21,701 bases of DNA, from positions 1 to 21,701 of IMG/VR virus record IMGVR_UViG_2671180921_000015, one strand, 5' to 3'. A model generated the notes under the pieces. It ran no database searches and was not told the DNA's origin. It saw nothing but the letters and a program-made list of their open reading frames with translations. Made by a program: the position numbers and the translations under genes. This stretch comes from a virus. Lineage: Duplodnaviria > Heunggongvirae > Uroviricota > Caudoviricetes. Position 1 is the first letter of the stretch; every line of letters starts with the position of its first letter. This document shows positions 8,153-17,266 of this stretch, piece by piece.

Positions 8153-8338
8153 ATGGCGTCCGGCAAAAAGGGCGCGCCGGTTGACTATGTTGTGCTGCGC
8201 GGTTGTGTGCAGCACAACGGACAACGGGTGGCGCAGGGCCATGTGATTACCCTGAGCGAAAGTGAGGCGCAGCGTCTTCTGCGTCTGGGGGTGATTGTTT
8301 CACTGGCGGAGATGAAGGGTGATGACCGGACCGGTTGA
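8153..8338 (+). CDS. Small hypothetical head/neck protein
   Basis: ATG 8153 lies 2 nt after the capsid stop with a GGTG-like RBS, giving 61 aa (MASGKKGAPVDYVVLRG...). Tight coupling to flanking genes supports it being real; function not recognised. Confidence 0.5.
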   Translation: MASGKKGAPVDYVVLRGCVQHNGQRVAQGHVITLSESEAQRLLRLGVIVSLAEMKGDDRTG

Positions 8339-8657
8339 CTGGGACAAAAACCTGCTCTCCCCGTTGTTCGGGGTGTTTGGTGAGGAATGCGAACACCGCC
8401 CGCGTGGCGGTGAGGCGTACCGGCTGACGGGGGTTTTTGACCGTGCGTACACGCAGCAGCTTGTCGGCGAGGACGGGGGCACGGAATCAAACTCCACGCT
8501 GCCCGTGCTGGGTGTGCGGGATGCGGAATGCCGCGTGAAGCCGAAACAGGGCGATATCTTTCTCATCGTGCGGACGGGGGAGCTGTATATCGTGCGGGAT
8601 GTGCAGCCGGACAGCCACGGCGGCACGCGACTTGAACTGAACAGGGTGAAGGGATGA
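8319..8657 (+). CDS. Putative head-tail joining / head closure protein
   Basis: About 112 aa, overlapping the previous gene; start GTG 8319 or ATG 8322. Position between capsid and tail genes; size typical of head-tail adaptor proteins. Assignment is by synteny. Confidence 0.55.
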   Translation: MMTGPVDWDKNLLSPLFGVFGEECEHRPRGGEAYRLTGVFDRAYTQQLVGEDGGTESNSTLPVLGVRDAECRVKPKQGDIFLIVRTGELYIVRDVQPDSHGGTRLELNRVKG

Positions 8658-9214
8658 ATACTGCAGAAGCCAGAAAGATTGTCACCCGGGCACTGAGTGA
8701 TGCCACCGGGGCAGGATGGCAGGTGTATTCCCCGCGCACCCTGCCGGTACAGCCGGACCAGTACCCGCTTGTCATTGTGTCCGTGCAGTCTGAACACAAG
8801 GTGTCACAGGGGCGGCATGTGCCGCAGTACACGACCACGACGACGTTGCGTATCGACGGTCGCGTACTGGCGTATGCCAGCGGTGATGATACGGAGAGCG
8901 CAGCCGGTGTTGCGTGGGAAGAGGCGGAGGCGATGAAGGAGGCGTTAGAGCGTGCCATCATCGGTAATCCGGACGTCCGCATGAAGTTTCAGCAAATCAG
9001 CAATATCCGGGCGCATATCGGTGTGGACTCCGAAGGTGAAGGACACGCCGGCATTGTGGTGCTGGAGCTGGATCTGGAGTACTACCAGGGGCCGGAGGAT
9101 TTCTTCCCGTCTGAGATCGTGCCACTGCGTGAGGTGAACGTTCGCGGCGTGCATCCGCCACTCCACCTTCATTTTGATTTGCCTGCCGGTGATGAAACCG
9201 GCAGCGAAACCTGA
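8654..9214 (+). CDS. Putative neck / tail completion (tail terminator-like) protein
   Basis: 186 aa with ATGA overlap with the upstream gene, immediately upstream of the sheath cluster. Family not recognised from sequence. Confidence 0.5.
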   Translation: MNTAEARKIVTRALSDATGAGWQVYSPRTLPVQPDQYPLVIVSVQSEHKVSQGRHVPQYTTTTTLRIDGRVLAYASGDDTESAAGVAWEEAEAMKEALERAIIGNPDVRMKFQQISNIRAHIGVDSEGEGHAGIVVLELDLEYYQGPEDFFPSEIVPLREVNVRGVHPPLHLHFDLPAGDETGSET

Positions 9215-9227
9215 CAGGAGAAATTCC

Positions 9228-9452
9228 ATGTTTGTGAAACCTGTACCGGGGCGCAGGGTGCGCTACCCCGGCGACCCGTCACGCCTGCTGCCTGATGAGG
9301 GGGCGGAGGTGCCGGATCGTGATTTGTTCTGGCGACGCCGCCTGAAGCAGGGGGATGTGGTGCTGGCTGACAAAGCCACCACGGCAGCCAGCGGCAAAGT
9401 GACCGTGTCCACGGCAGCAACAGGCAGCACGGCGAAAGGGGGTGATGCATGA
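9228..9452 (+). CDS. Small tail protein preceding the sheath gene (DUF2635-like by position)
   Basis: ATG 9228 preceded by AGGAG (9216-9220); 74 aa; its stop overlaps the sheath start (ATGA). The track's 9174 start is less likely because it lacks an RBS. Confidence 0.55.
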   Translation: MFVKPVPGRRVRYPGDPSRLLPDEGAEVPDRDLFWRRRLKQGDVVLADKATTAASGKVTVSTAATGSTAKGGDA

Positions 9453-10951
9453 CGGTCTCGTTCAGCAATATCCCGTCAAATCTTCGTGTGCCACTGTTCT
9501 ACGTCGAAGTGGACAACTCGATGGCGAACAGCGCCACGGAGACACAGCGCACACTGCTGATTGGTCAGATGACGGCAGAGGGGACCGCCACGGCAGGGAC
9601 GGCATACCGCTGTTCGTCGGCCTCCACGGCAGCCGGACTGTGTGGTGAAGGCTCAATGCTGCATACCATGCTGACAGCCTACCTTAAAAACGACAGCTAC
9701 GGAGAGACCTGGCTGCTGCCGCTGGCGGATGATGACAGCAGCATGACGACGGCCACGGGCAGCATATCTGTTGACAGTGTGCCGACGGCATCCGGCGTCA
9801 TTTACCTGTACATCGCAGGGACCCGTGTTCGCCTGACGGTGAAGTCAACGTACACGCAGTCGGAGATAGCCAGTCTGCTGGCGGCAAAAATTAATGCAAC
9901 CTCTGCGCTGCCGGTGACCGCATCGGTGGCCAGCGACGGCACGACCATTGAACTCACCGCCAGAAATGCCGGTGAGACGGGAAACACCATTGATATCCGG
10001 CTGAACTATCTCGGTTCATCCGGCGGTGAGTCCACCCCGGACGGCCTGACGCTGACCATCACGGCGATGAGTGGCGGGGAGGGGGCGCCGGACCTTGCGG
10101 ATGCGCTCGCCTCTCTGGGCGACCGCACGTTTGATTTCATTGTCCTTGCTTATCCGGACACCACTTCGCTCAACGACATGAAGGATTTTCTGTCGGATGA
10201 CGAAGGGCGCTGGGCGTGGGACAAACAAATCTACGGTCATGCCTTCACGGCGGCGAGCGGCAGCTACGGCGAGCTGGCGGACAAGGGGGAAAGCCGCAAC
10301 GACCGGCACATGACCATCTGGGGCGTGTATGACGGTCCGAACACTTCGTATGATTATGCTGCCGCGATGGTGGGAGCGCTGGCGCAGTCGGTCCGTAACG
10401 ATCCGGCGAGACCTACGCAGACGCTGTCGGTGTCCGGTGTGCTGGCTCCACCGCTGGCAAGTCGTTTCACCCTGACGGAGCGGAACACGCTTTTGTACAG
10501 CGGCATCTCAACCTTCACGGTGTCAGACGACGATACGGTGACGCTTGAGAACACCATCACCACGTACCAGACCAACAGCTACGGTGCGGCGGACGACAGT
10601 TACCTGCAGATCGAGACGATGTACACACTGATGTATGTGATGCGCTCCATGAAGACGCAGGTGACGTCGAAGATGGGGCGGATGAAGCTGGCGGACGATG
10701 GCGCGAATATTCCGGCAGGGAGTGCGATTGTCACCCCGTCGATCATCCGGGCCGAACTGATTGCTCAGTTCAACACGCTGGCGAACAACGGCTACGTACA
10801 GGATGCGGATGCGTTTGCGGAGCAACTGGTGGTTGAGCGTGACAGTGACAACCCGAACCGCGTGAACGTGGTGTGGCCGGGCCGCCTGATGAACCAGTTA
10901 CGCATCTTTGCGGTGCGGAACCAGTTCAGGCTGAACAGCAGCAGTGATTAA
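9449..10951 (+). CDS. Tail sheath protein (Mu gpL-like)
   Basis: 500 aa. N-terminus MTVSFSNIPSNLRVPLFYVEVDNS is, to my recollection, the characteristic start of Mu-type sheath proteins. Followed by an intrinsic terminator and the tube gene. Confidence 0.88.
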   Translation: MTVSFSNIPSNLRVPLFYVEVDNSMANSATETQRTLLIGQMTAEGTATAGTAYRCSSASTAAGLCGEGSMLHTMLTAYLKNDSYGETWLLPLADDDSSMTTATGSISVDSVPTASGVIYLYIAGTRVRLTVKSTYTQSEIASLLAAKINATSALPVTASVASDGTTIELTARNAGETGNTIDIRLNYLGSSGGESTPDGLTLTITAMSGGEGAPDLADALASLGDRTFDFIVLAYPDTTSLNDMKDFLSDDEGRWAWDKQIYGHAFTAASGSYGELADKGESRNDRHMTIWGVYDGPNTSYDYAAAMVGALAQSVRNDPARPTQTLSVSGVLAPPLASRFTLTERNTLLYSGISTFTVSDDDTVTLENTITTYQTNSYGAADDSYLQIETMYTLMYVMRSMKTQVTSKMGRMKLADDGANIPAGSAIVTPSIIRAELIAQFNTLANNGYVQDADAFAEQLVVERDSDNPNRVNVVWPGRLMNQLRIFAVRNQFRLNSSSD

Positions 10952-10958
10952 CCATGAT

Positions 10959-10980
10959 GCCGCCTGCGGGCGGCTTTTTT
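10959..10980 (+). terminator. Intrinsic terminator after the sheath gene
   Basis: GCCGCC-tgcg-GGCGGC stem-loop followed by TTTTTT, starting 8 nt after the sheath stop. Confidence 0.6.
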
Positions 10981-10990
10981 ACGGGAGACG

Positions 10991-11356
10991 ATGATGAGTA
11001 AGAACGCGTTAGCGGGCACCTGTACCGTGACGATTGACGGCGTGTCGGTCAATGTGGCCGGGACGTTCAGATATTCCGTGGGTGAAATCGAGCGTGAAAC
11101 GCTCACGGGAATGAGCGGCATACATGGCTTTAAGGAGTCGTACAAAGCGCCGTTTATCGAGATGACGGTACGTGATTCCGGCTCACTGTCACTGAAGGAT
11201 TTTGCGGCATATACGGATGTGACGGTGGCGGCTTATCTGGTGAACGGCAAGACCATTCTCGGCCAGAACATGTGGCTGGTTGGCCGGATTGAGACAGACA
11301 ACAACGATGCAACCTTTACGGCCCGTTTTGAAGGGCAAACGGTGTCGGAGAGCTGA
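10991..11356 (+). CDS. Tail tube protein (Mu gpM-like)
   Basis: 121 aa. Size and position directly after the sheath gene and before the frameshifted chaperone pair; RBS GGGAG at 10982-10986. Confidence 0.75.
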   Translation: MMSKNALAGTCTVTIDGVSVNVAGTFRYSVGEIERETLTGMSGIHGFKESYKAPFIEMTVRDSGSLSLKDFAAYTDVTVAAYLVNGKTILGQNMWLVGRIETDNNDATFTARFEGQTVSES

Positions 11357-11637
11357 TGATGAATGAGAAACAGACAGAAGAACTGGTGGTGACCCTGAAA
11401 CGTCCGGTAAGGGATCCGGATACCAGGACGGAGTTCCGTGAGCTGCGCCTGAAAGAGCCGGTGCTGTTCCAGGCGGAGGACTTTCACCGCAATACCGCCT
11501 CACTGGGCGCAATGGCGGCCATGCGTGAGCTGATTGCGGCAGTGGCGGGTGTGCCGTCTGCCCCGCTGAAGTTCATGGCGGTGTCCGATTACAAAAAGTG
11601 CGAACGGTTCCTGACGGGTTTTTTCCTGGAAGCCTGA
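11356..11637 (+). CDS. Tail assembly chaperone (short, in-frame product; lambda G / P2 E analogue)
   Basis: 93 aa, start overlapping the tube stop (TGATG). Lies immediately upstream of the tape measure gene and ends just after a TTTTTTC slippery heptamer. Confidence 0.75.
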   Translation: MMNEKQTEELVVTLKRPVRDPDTRTEFRELRLKEPVLFQAEDFHRNTASLGAMAAMRELIAAVAGVPSAPLKFMAVSDYKKCERFLTGFFLEA

Positions 11638-11783
11638 GCCAGTGGCAGGCGAGGGCGGCTGAACTGACGTGGTTCTTTCGCTGGTCCCCGCGCGAGGCGT
11701 GGGGGCTGACGTCAGGGGAAATTCTCTGGTGGGCGTCGCAGGCAGCGCGGATCAACAGACTGAGGAGTGGCGATGGCGGGTAA
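11356..11783 (+). CDS. Tail assembly chaperone, -1 frameshift fusion product (GT / E+E' analogue)
   Basis: Slippery heptamer T_TTT_TTC at 11619-11625 in the zero frame. The -1 frame is open from there to 11783 and encodes PGSLSQWQARAAELTWFFRWSPREAWGLTSGEILWWASQAARINRL, overlapping the tape measure start. No independent RBS for the -1 ORF. Confidence 0.65.
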
Positions 11784-13740
11784 TGCTTTCAATTTTGAGC
11801 TGAATGCACGGGATAACGCGAGTGCGCTTCTGCAGAGAGCCTCAGAGGCTGCCGGGTCGCTGGCGGGTAACGCAGAGCAGGCGGCCGCCTGCGTGTCGTC
11901 ACTGTGTGACGGTCTTGATGCGGTGAATGAAACGCCCCTGAGCGGGGCATCCGGTGCGGCAGATGCGCTGGGCGGGAAGATAACGCAGATCCACGACTCG
12001 GTAACGCTACTGATGAATGCGCTGCTGGCCACAGACAGTGCGGGCAAAAGGGCGCTGGGAAAGGAGAGTCAGGAGAATGCGGACAGGATGTCCGGATATT
12101 TTGAACGTCTGTCCCGGCTGGGGAAAGACACATCACAGCACTTCGGGGATATTGTGCCGCCGCTGCGCAATGTCGGGGCACTGTCATCGGAGCTGTTCAG
12201 CGCACTGGGGCGCGGAGGTCTTGTGGGGCTTACGGCTGCCGTCGGTGGTAAGGCGGTGAAGGCGGTCGTCAGTCATCTTTATGATGCCTCGAAAGCGGCA
12301 TACAGCCTGGATGTGAACGCAAGAAACGCCGGAATGAGTGTGAGTGCGTTCAGCCGGTTTGCCGGGGTGTTCCGCCTGATGGGGCTGTCGGCAGAGCAGG
12401 CGCAGGCGGAGACCGGTTCACTGTTCACGACACTGAACGATGCGCTGAACACCCGTTCACCGGAGGTGGTGGGCATACTGAACCAGTTCGGTGTGACGCT
12501 GGCGGAGAACAGCAACCACACGGTGAACCTTGAGAAAAGCACGCAGAACCTGACTGACGCCTTCGGGCGGATGAACAGCTCATCGCAGAAGGTGGTGGCG
12601 GACGCACTGGGGCTGTCAGATGCACAACTGGCGCTGCTGCGGGGAACAAAAAACCTGAATGCGGCGCTGGCGGAGTCCGATCGCCTGAAACTGACGATGC
12701 CGGACAGCCTGAACGCAAAGCTGGTTCAGGCGAACAGCAACCTGAACCTTCTGTCTGCTGCGTGGGACGGCTTCACTGACAGAGTGAAGGCGAAAGTGCT
12801 GGGCAGTGATGCCGTCACCGCCTCTGTTGACTGGGCGGTTGACGTCATGAGCGACAGGCGCAGCAGCCAGCAGAAAACGGGTGATCATCTGTCAGAGCTG
12901 CGCAGTTATCTGTATGCGCATCCGGAGAAACTGAAGTCACTGACGTCGCGGCAGAGATACAATCTCGAAAACAATATCGCGACATCCGATCTTCTGGCGA
13001 TGCACACGCGTCTGTCCGGTCAGCGGTCCGACAGGCTGAATGCGCTCACGGCAACGCTCAGCAACGACCTTGCAGCGGCGCTGTCGGCACCGTCACAGGC
13101 GATATCACAACCGCCCTCATCATCACAGCAAGGTGGTACAGGTCGCAACGACATCACCCCTGAACTGCTGGCGCATTTTGCGGCGCTGGAGAAGCAGTAC
13201 AACCTTCCGGCAAACACGCTGTACGGTCTGGCCATGACGGAGTCGTCGGGACGGGCGGATGCGGTCGGGCCGCTCACCCGTTACGGTGCGGCAAAGGGGA
13301 TGTTTCAGTTCATCGACCCGACGGCGCGGGAGTTCGGGCTTTCCGGCATGGATGTGTTTAACCCTTACCGGGCCTCGGAGGCGGCGGCCAGAAAACTGGC
13401 GGGGCTGATGGCGCAGTATGGTGGTGACATGCAGCGCGCCTTTCAGGCGTACAACTGGGGCGAAGGCAACATGAGTGCCTGGCTTCGCGGACATAAGGGG
13501 ATGCCGCAGGAGACGCAGGCCTACGCGCCGAAGGTACTCAGGCACATGTCACAGATATCCGGCGGCAGCATCATCACGCCGCAGTCCGGCAGTTCAGTGG
13601 CAGACGTGCGGGATGAAATCAGTCGCGGTTTCAGCGAAAACAAAATCCGGCTGGACATTAACGTCACCAACACGACCACGGGGCAGACAACCCGCCGGAC
13701 GGTGAAGGGAGGCGCGGTGTCCACGGCGATGGATGTGTGA
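11773..13740 (+). CDS. Tail tape measure protein with C-terminal lytic transglycosylase (SLT) domain
   Basis: About 655 aa, Ala/Leu-rich and helical in composition. ATG 11773 preceded by GAGGAG (11762-11767). C-terminal region carries SLT-type motifs: AMTESSG (catalytic Glu-Ser), GMFQF, AYNWGEGN. Confidence 0.85.
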   Translation: MAGNAFNFELNARDNASALLQRASEAAGSLAGNAEQAAACVSSLCDGLDAVNETPLSGASGAADALGGKITQIHDSVTLLMNALLATDSAGKRALGKESQENADRMSGYFERLSRLGKDTSQHFGDIVPPLRNVGALSSELFSALGRGGLVGLTAAVGGKAVKAVVSHLYDASKAAYSLDVNARNAGMSVSAFSRFAGVFRLMGLSAEQAQAETGSLFTTLNDALNTRSPEVVGILNQFGVTLAENSNHTVNLEKSTQNLTDAFGRMNSSSQKVVADALGLSDAQLALLRGTKNLNAALAESDRLKLTMPDSLNAKLVQANSNLNLLSAAWDGFTDRVKAKVLGSDAVTASVDWAVDVMSDRRSSQQKTGDHLSELRSYLYAHPEKLKSLTSRQRYNLENNIATSDLLAMHTRLSGQRSDRLNALTATLSNDLAAALSAPSQAISQPPSSSQQGGTGRNDITPELLAHFAALEKQYNLPANTLYGLAMTESSGRADAVGPLTRYGAAKGMFQFIDPTAREFGLSGMDVFNPYRASEAAARKLAGLMAQYGGDMQRAFQAYNWGEGNMSAWLRGHKGMPQETQAYAPKVLRHMSQISGGSIITPQSGSSVADVRDEISRGFSENKIRLDINVTNTTTGQTTRRTVKGGAVSTAMDV

Positions 13741-13750
13741 GGAGCAGAAG

Positions 13751-15163
13751 GTGGGCATTATCACAGACGCGGTGGCGGACACGCTGGGGCTGTCTTCCAC
13801 CGGCGGGTGGGACTGGCAGTCGCATATTAATCAGGCGTCCTTCCGCGGTGTGCCGTTTGGCGTCATCAGCGGTGAGAGCGTGGTGGGCCGCCGGGTGGCG
13901 GTACATGAATATCCGTACCGGGATACGGTGTGGGTGGAAGACCTGGGACGCAGCGCCCGGAAGTTCACGCTGCGTGGGTTCCTGATACAGGACAGTCTGG
14001 TGTACAGCGCCGGAGATGTGTTCAGCCAGCGTGACGCGATGATTGCGGCCTGCGAGACATCCGGTGGTGGTCTGCTGGTGCATCCGACGCTGGGTGAGAT
14101 GACGGTTTACGTGCCGGACGGCGGTCTGCGCATTGAGGAGGGGGTGGAGTCCGGGCGTGTGTTTTCGTTCATGCTGACCGTCATTGAGTCAGGTGAAAAA
14201 GCGTTTTCACTGGTGACGGGGACAAGCTCCACGTCATCGGAGACGTGGTATCAGACGCTGACCACAACGGCCGCCGTGATGCTGGCGGCGATTACCGGTG
14301 AGATGAACAGTGTCACCGGGGCGGTTAAGACGATAAAGAGCACGGTGAGCGCGTGGGAGACGATATTTTCGCGGGCGGTGACATCGGTGACCAGTATGAC
14401 CAGCACGGTGTCGTCCCTGTTTTCTCCGGACAGCTACGGGCGTTACTGCACAGCCAGTGACAGCGGGACCGCATCAGGCAGCACGGCCTCGTCACTTTCC
14501 ACGTGGCTTGCCACCACGGAGGCGGATGATGACAGCATTCTGGAAACCATTCAGGCCTGCTCCGTGCGGGACCGGTCGGCGGCGGAATCGGCGATAGCGG
14601 CGCTGGATGACATCTCGTCCGTATCCGGTGCTGTGTCCGCGATACAGGCGGTCATCACCACGCTGGCGGAGGCCACGGGCAGTGACACGGAGAAAATCCG
14701 CGTCATGGCAGAGATTGCGTCGGCGGAAGACGGGACGTATTACGAAGGGGAGACGGCCTGCGCCATCAGTGCATCCGTGCAGGCCTTCATCCGCACCCTG
14801 GGCGCCGGTGCGATGCTGTGGCGACTGATGCAGTACACCCCTCAGGGTTACGATGATGCGGTGTCGGTGATGCGGAAGGCCCGCACGGTGACAGAGGCGG
14901 TACTGCTTCTGCTTGCTGATGCCGGAGATGACGACAGTCACGATGCGCTGAATGCGCAGTACACGCAGTTTGTCACGCACTGGCAGACGAATTATCTGTC
15001 ACAACAGGACGTGATGAAGGTGACCAGCCGCTCACCGCAGCCGTCGCTGGCGCTGGCAAACCGGCTGTATCAGGACGCCGCGCGTGCGGACGAACTGGTA
15101 CAGGCGGCCTCTCCCGTCCATCCGGCGTTCATGCCGCTTTCCTTCACAGCGAGAAACTCATGA
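13751..15163 (+). CDS. DNA circularization protein (Mu N / gp43-like)
   Basis: About 470 aa, directly after the tape measure gene as in Mu. Start placed at GTG 13751 (GAGGAG at 13739-13744, 6-nt spacer); ATG 13733 overlapping the tape measure stop is the alternative. Confidence 0.7.
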   Translation: MGIITDAVADTLGLSSTGGWDWQSHINQASFRGVPFGVISGESVVGRRVAVHEYPYRDTVWVEDLGRSARKFTLRGFLIQDSLVYSAGDVFSQRDAMIAACETSGGGLLVHPTLGEMTVYVPDGGLRIEEGVESGRVFSFMLTVIESGEKAFSLVTGTSSTSSETWYQTLTTTAAVMLAAITGEMNSVTGAVKTIKSTVSAWETIFSRAVTSVTSMTSTVSSLFSPDSYGRYCTASDSGTASGSTASSLSTWLATTEADDDSILETIQACSVRDRSAAESAIAALDDISSVSGAVSAIQAVITTLAEATGSDTEKIRVMAEIASAEDGTYYEGETACAISASVQAFIRTLGAGAMLWRLMQYTPQGYDDAVSVMRKARTVTEAVLLLLADAGDDDSHDALNAQYTQFVTHWQTNYLSQQDVMKVTSRSPQPSLALANRLYQDAARADELVQAASPVHPAFMPLSFTARNS

Positions 15164-16248
15164 GTACAACCACAGACGACACCCTGACACTGAAGGTAAA
15201 CAACACCGTCATGTCGGGGTGGAATGATATCCGGGTGACGCGGGGCGTAGAGCGTCTGCCGTCGGATTTTGAGCTTTCGCTCACGGACTGGTATCCGCAG
15301 GAAGGATACCAGCTTGCCCCGCCGGGGAGCAGCTGCACGATAACCATCGGCGACGACCGGGTGATGACCGGCTATGTCGACCAGTGGGTGAACACCCTGA
15401 CGCCGCAGTCGCATGACATCCGGGTGACGGGCAGGGGGATGTGTCAGGACCTGGTGGACTGCTCCGCCTGGTGGGAGAACAACATGATAAAGGGCGGTGA
15501 TGCGCTGGCCATCATCAGAAAACTGGCGTCGGTGTACGGCATCACGGTGACGACAGACGTCGACAGTTTCACCACGGTGCCGGATTTTGTCATCAACTGG
15601 GGAGAGTCGTCGCAGCAAATCATCGACCGCATCTGCCGGTATGAGGGGCTTCTGTATTACGACCTGCCGGATGGCAGCCTGTTCCTGACGCGTGCGGGAA
15701 CGGCGTCGGCAGCCAGCGGGGTGACACAGGGGGTGAACCTGCAGAAGGCGGAGTACACACGAAGTATGAATGAACGGTTTTCGGAATACACCGGCCTGTC
15801 GGTGTCAGTGAACAGTATCAGCGAACTGTCGCCGGCATCCGGTTATGACAGCGTGATGCTGGCAACAGCCAGCGACCCGGAAGCGGCCGGTATGCGCACC
15901 CGCCGTCACGTCACGATAGTGGAGAGTACGCTGATGACAACGGGGTGTGCACAGCAGGCGGTGAACTGGGAAATGAACCGGCGCTACGGGCGTTCAATGG
16001 CCCTGAATGTGACGGTGGACAGCTGGCGTGACAGTGCAGGGGTGCTGTGGCAGCCCAACACCTTTGTGCCGGTGAGCATACCGGCACTGGGGGCGGACAG
16101 TCTGAACTGGCTGGTTTCTGAGGTGACATTCAGTCGTGACGATGAGACGGGGACCACGGCATCGCTGGTTCTGATGCCGCCGGAAGCGTTCAGCGTGCAG
16201 CCGTACCGTTTTTATTCCGGCGTGGCCGGAAGGGATGTGTCGTCATGA
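15160..16248 (+). CDS. Baseplate hub protein (Mu P / gp44-like, P2 gpD-like)
   Basis: 362 aa with ATGA overlap with N. Size and order (N, then P, then spike) match the Mu tail module. Confidence 0.7.
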   Translation: MSTTTDDTLTLKVNNTVMSGWNDIRVTRGVERLPSDFELSLTDWYPQEGYQLAPPGSSCTITIGDDRVMTGYVDQWVNTLTPQSHDIRVTGRGMCQDLVDCSAWWENNMIKGGDALAIIRKLASVYGITVTTDVDSFTTVPDFVINWGESSQQIIDRICRYEGLLYYDLPDGSLFLTRAGTASAASGVTQGVNLQKAEYTRSMNERFSEYTGLSVSVNSISELSPASGYDSVMLATASDPEAAGMRTRRHVTIVESTLMTTGCAQQAVNWEMNRRYGRSMALNVTVDSWRDSAGVLWQPNTFVPVSIPALGADSLNWLVSEVTFSRDDETGTTASLVLMPPEAFSVQPYRFYSGVAGRDVSS

Positions 16249-16826
16249 ATCCTGTACAGGTGCTTTTCCGCCGTCTGGTATCACTGCTGAGCGTGGGGCG
16301 CGTGACGGCGGGGGATGACAGCGGTGTGGTGCAGACCGTGCAGGTGCAGAGTCCGTCAGAGGTGCGCAGCGACACGCCGGTTCTTCAGCAGTTTGGATTT
16401 TCCTCAGTGCTGCCTGCCGGAACGGATGTGGTGGTAATGAGCCTTGCCGGAAACCGCAGCAGCGCGGTGGTGGTGGCGTCCGGGCATCAGTCATACCGGA
16501 TTAACGGTCTGAACAGCGGCGAGGTGGTGGTGTACAACCAGTGGGGGCAGTACGTCCGGCTGGGTGAGGATGGGATTGTGGTGGAGGCGTCAGGGCAGCA
16601 GGTGTTGGTGAACAGTGCCACCACGCTTGAGGTGACGGCGACGGACGGGGTCACCCTGAAAACGCCGTCGCTGAAGGTGACGGGGGATATCACGGACAAC
16701 TGCGAAAGCAACAGCACCACGCTGAAGGCGCTGCGGGAGGCATACAACGACCACACACATCCGGTCAGCGGTGTGGAAAGTGGCGGCAGCACGGTGACAA
16801 GTCAGGCAACCACGGAGACGGTGTGA
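16245..16826 (+). CDS. Baseplate central spike / assembly protein V (Mu gp45-like)
   Basis: 193 aa with ATGA overlap. Gly/Val-rich beta-type sequence with a C-terminal HxH motif (YNDHTHPVSG), as I recall for gp45/gpV-type spikes. Confidence 0.7.
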   Translation: MNPVQVLFRRLVSLLSVGRVTAGDDSGVVQTVQVQSPSEVRSDTPVLQQFGFSSVLPAGTDVVVMSLAGNRSSAVVVASGHQSYRINGLNSGEVVVYNQWGQYVRLGEDGIVVEASGQQVLVNSATTLEVTATDGVTLKTPSLKVTGDITDNCESNSTTLKALREAYNDHTHPVSGVESGGSTVTSQATTETV

Positions 16827-16827
16827 G

Positions 16828-17265
16828 ATGAGCGATATCACGCTTTTTTACGATGAAGAGGCGCTGCATTGCGACTGGTCGGTGGGGACGGGCGATATGG
16901 TCTGCGGAAATGACCTGCAGACGGCCATTCTCATCAGCCTGTTCACGGACCGGCTGGCGGATGCATCAGATGAGACGGACGACGGCAACCGGCGCGGATG
17001 GTGGGGTGACCTTGAGCAGGATTACCGGGTCGGCTCCCGGTTGTGGCTGCTGCGCAGGCAGAAACTGACCACGCAGGTGGCGCTGAAAGCGGAGGCATAC
17101 GCCCTTGAAGCGCTGCAGTGGCTGAAGGACGACGGCGTGGTGGCTTCACTGGATGTGGAGGCGTGGATAGTGCCGCCGGACCGGCTGTACATGACCATCG
17201 CATATCAGCGTCCGGATGCGGACACGACGGAATACCAGAAATTTTATCAGGTGTGGGAGGTATGA
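16828..17265 (+). CDS. Baseplate protein, GP46 family (Mu gp46 / P2 gpW-like)
   Basis: 145 aa, coupled between the spike and J-like genes; size and position typical of the GP46 family. Confidence 0.7.
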   Translation: MSDITLFYDEEALHCDWSVGTGDMVCGNDLQTAILISLFTDRLADASDETDDGNRRGWWGDLEQDYRVGSRLWLLRRQKLTTQVALKAEAYALEALQWLKDDGVVASLDVEAWIVPPDRLYMTIAYQRPDADTTEYQKFYQVWEV

Positions 17266-17266
17266 C

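Noticed and set aside
7081-8166. Antisense ORF (361 aa) opposite the major capsid gene
   Set aside because: Mirror image of the capsid gene, which has clear gpE-like motifs; the antisense translation is Arg/His-rich with no recognisable domain.
11598-11783. Independent 61-aa gene overlapping the chaperone 3' end
   Set aside because: No RBS or plausible independent start; it begins inside the upstream gene just before a slippery heptamer, so it is better explained as the -1 frameshift extension.
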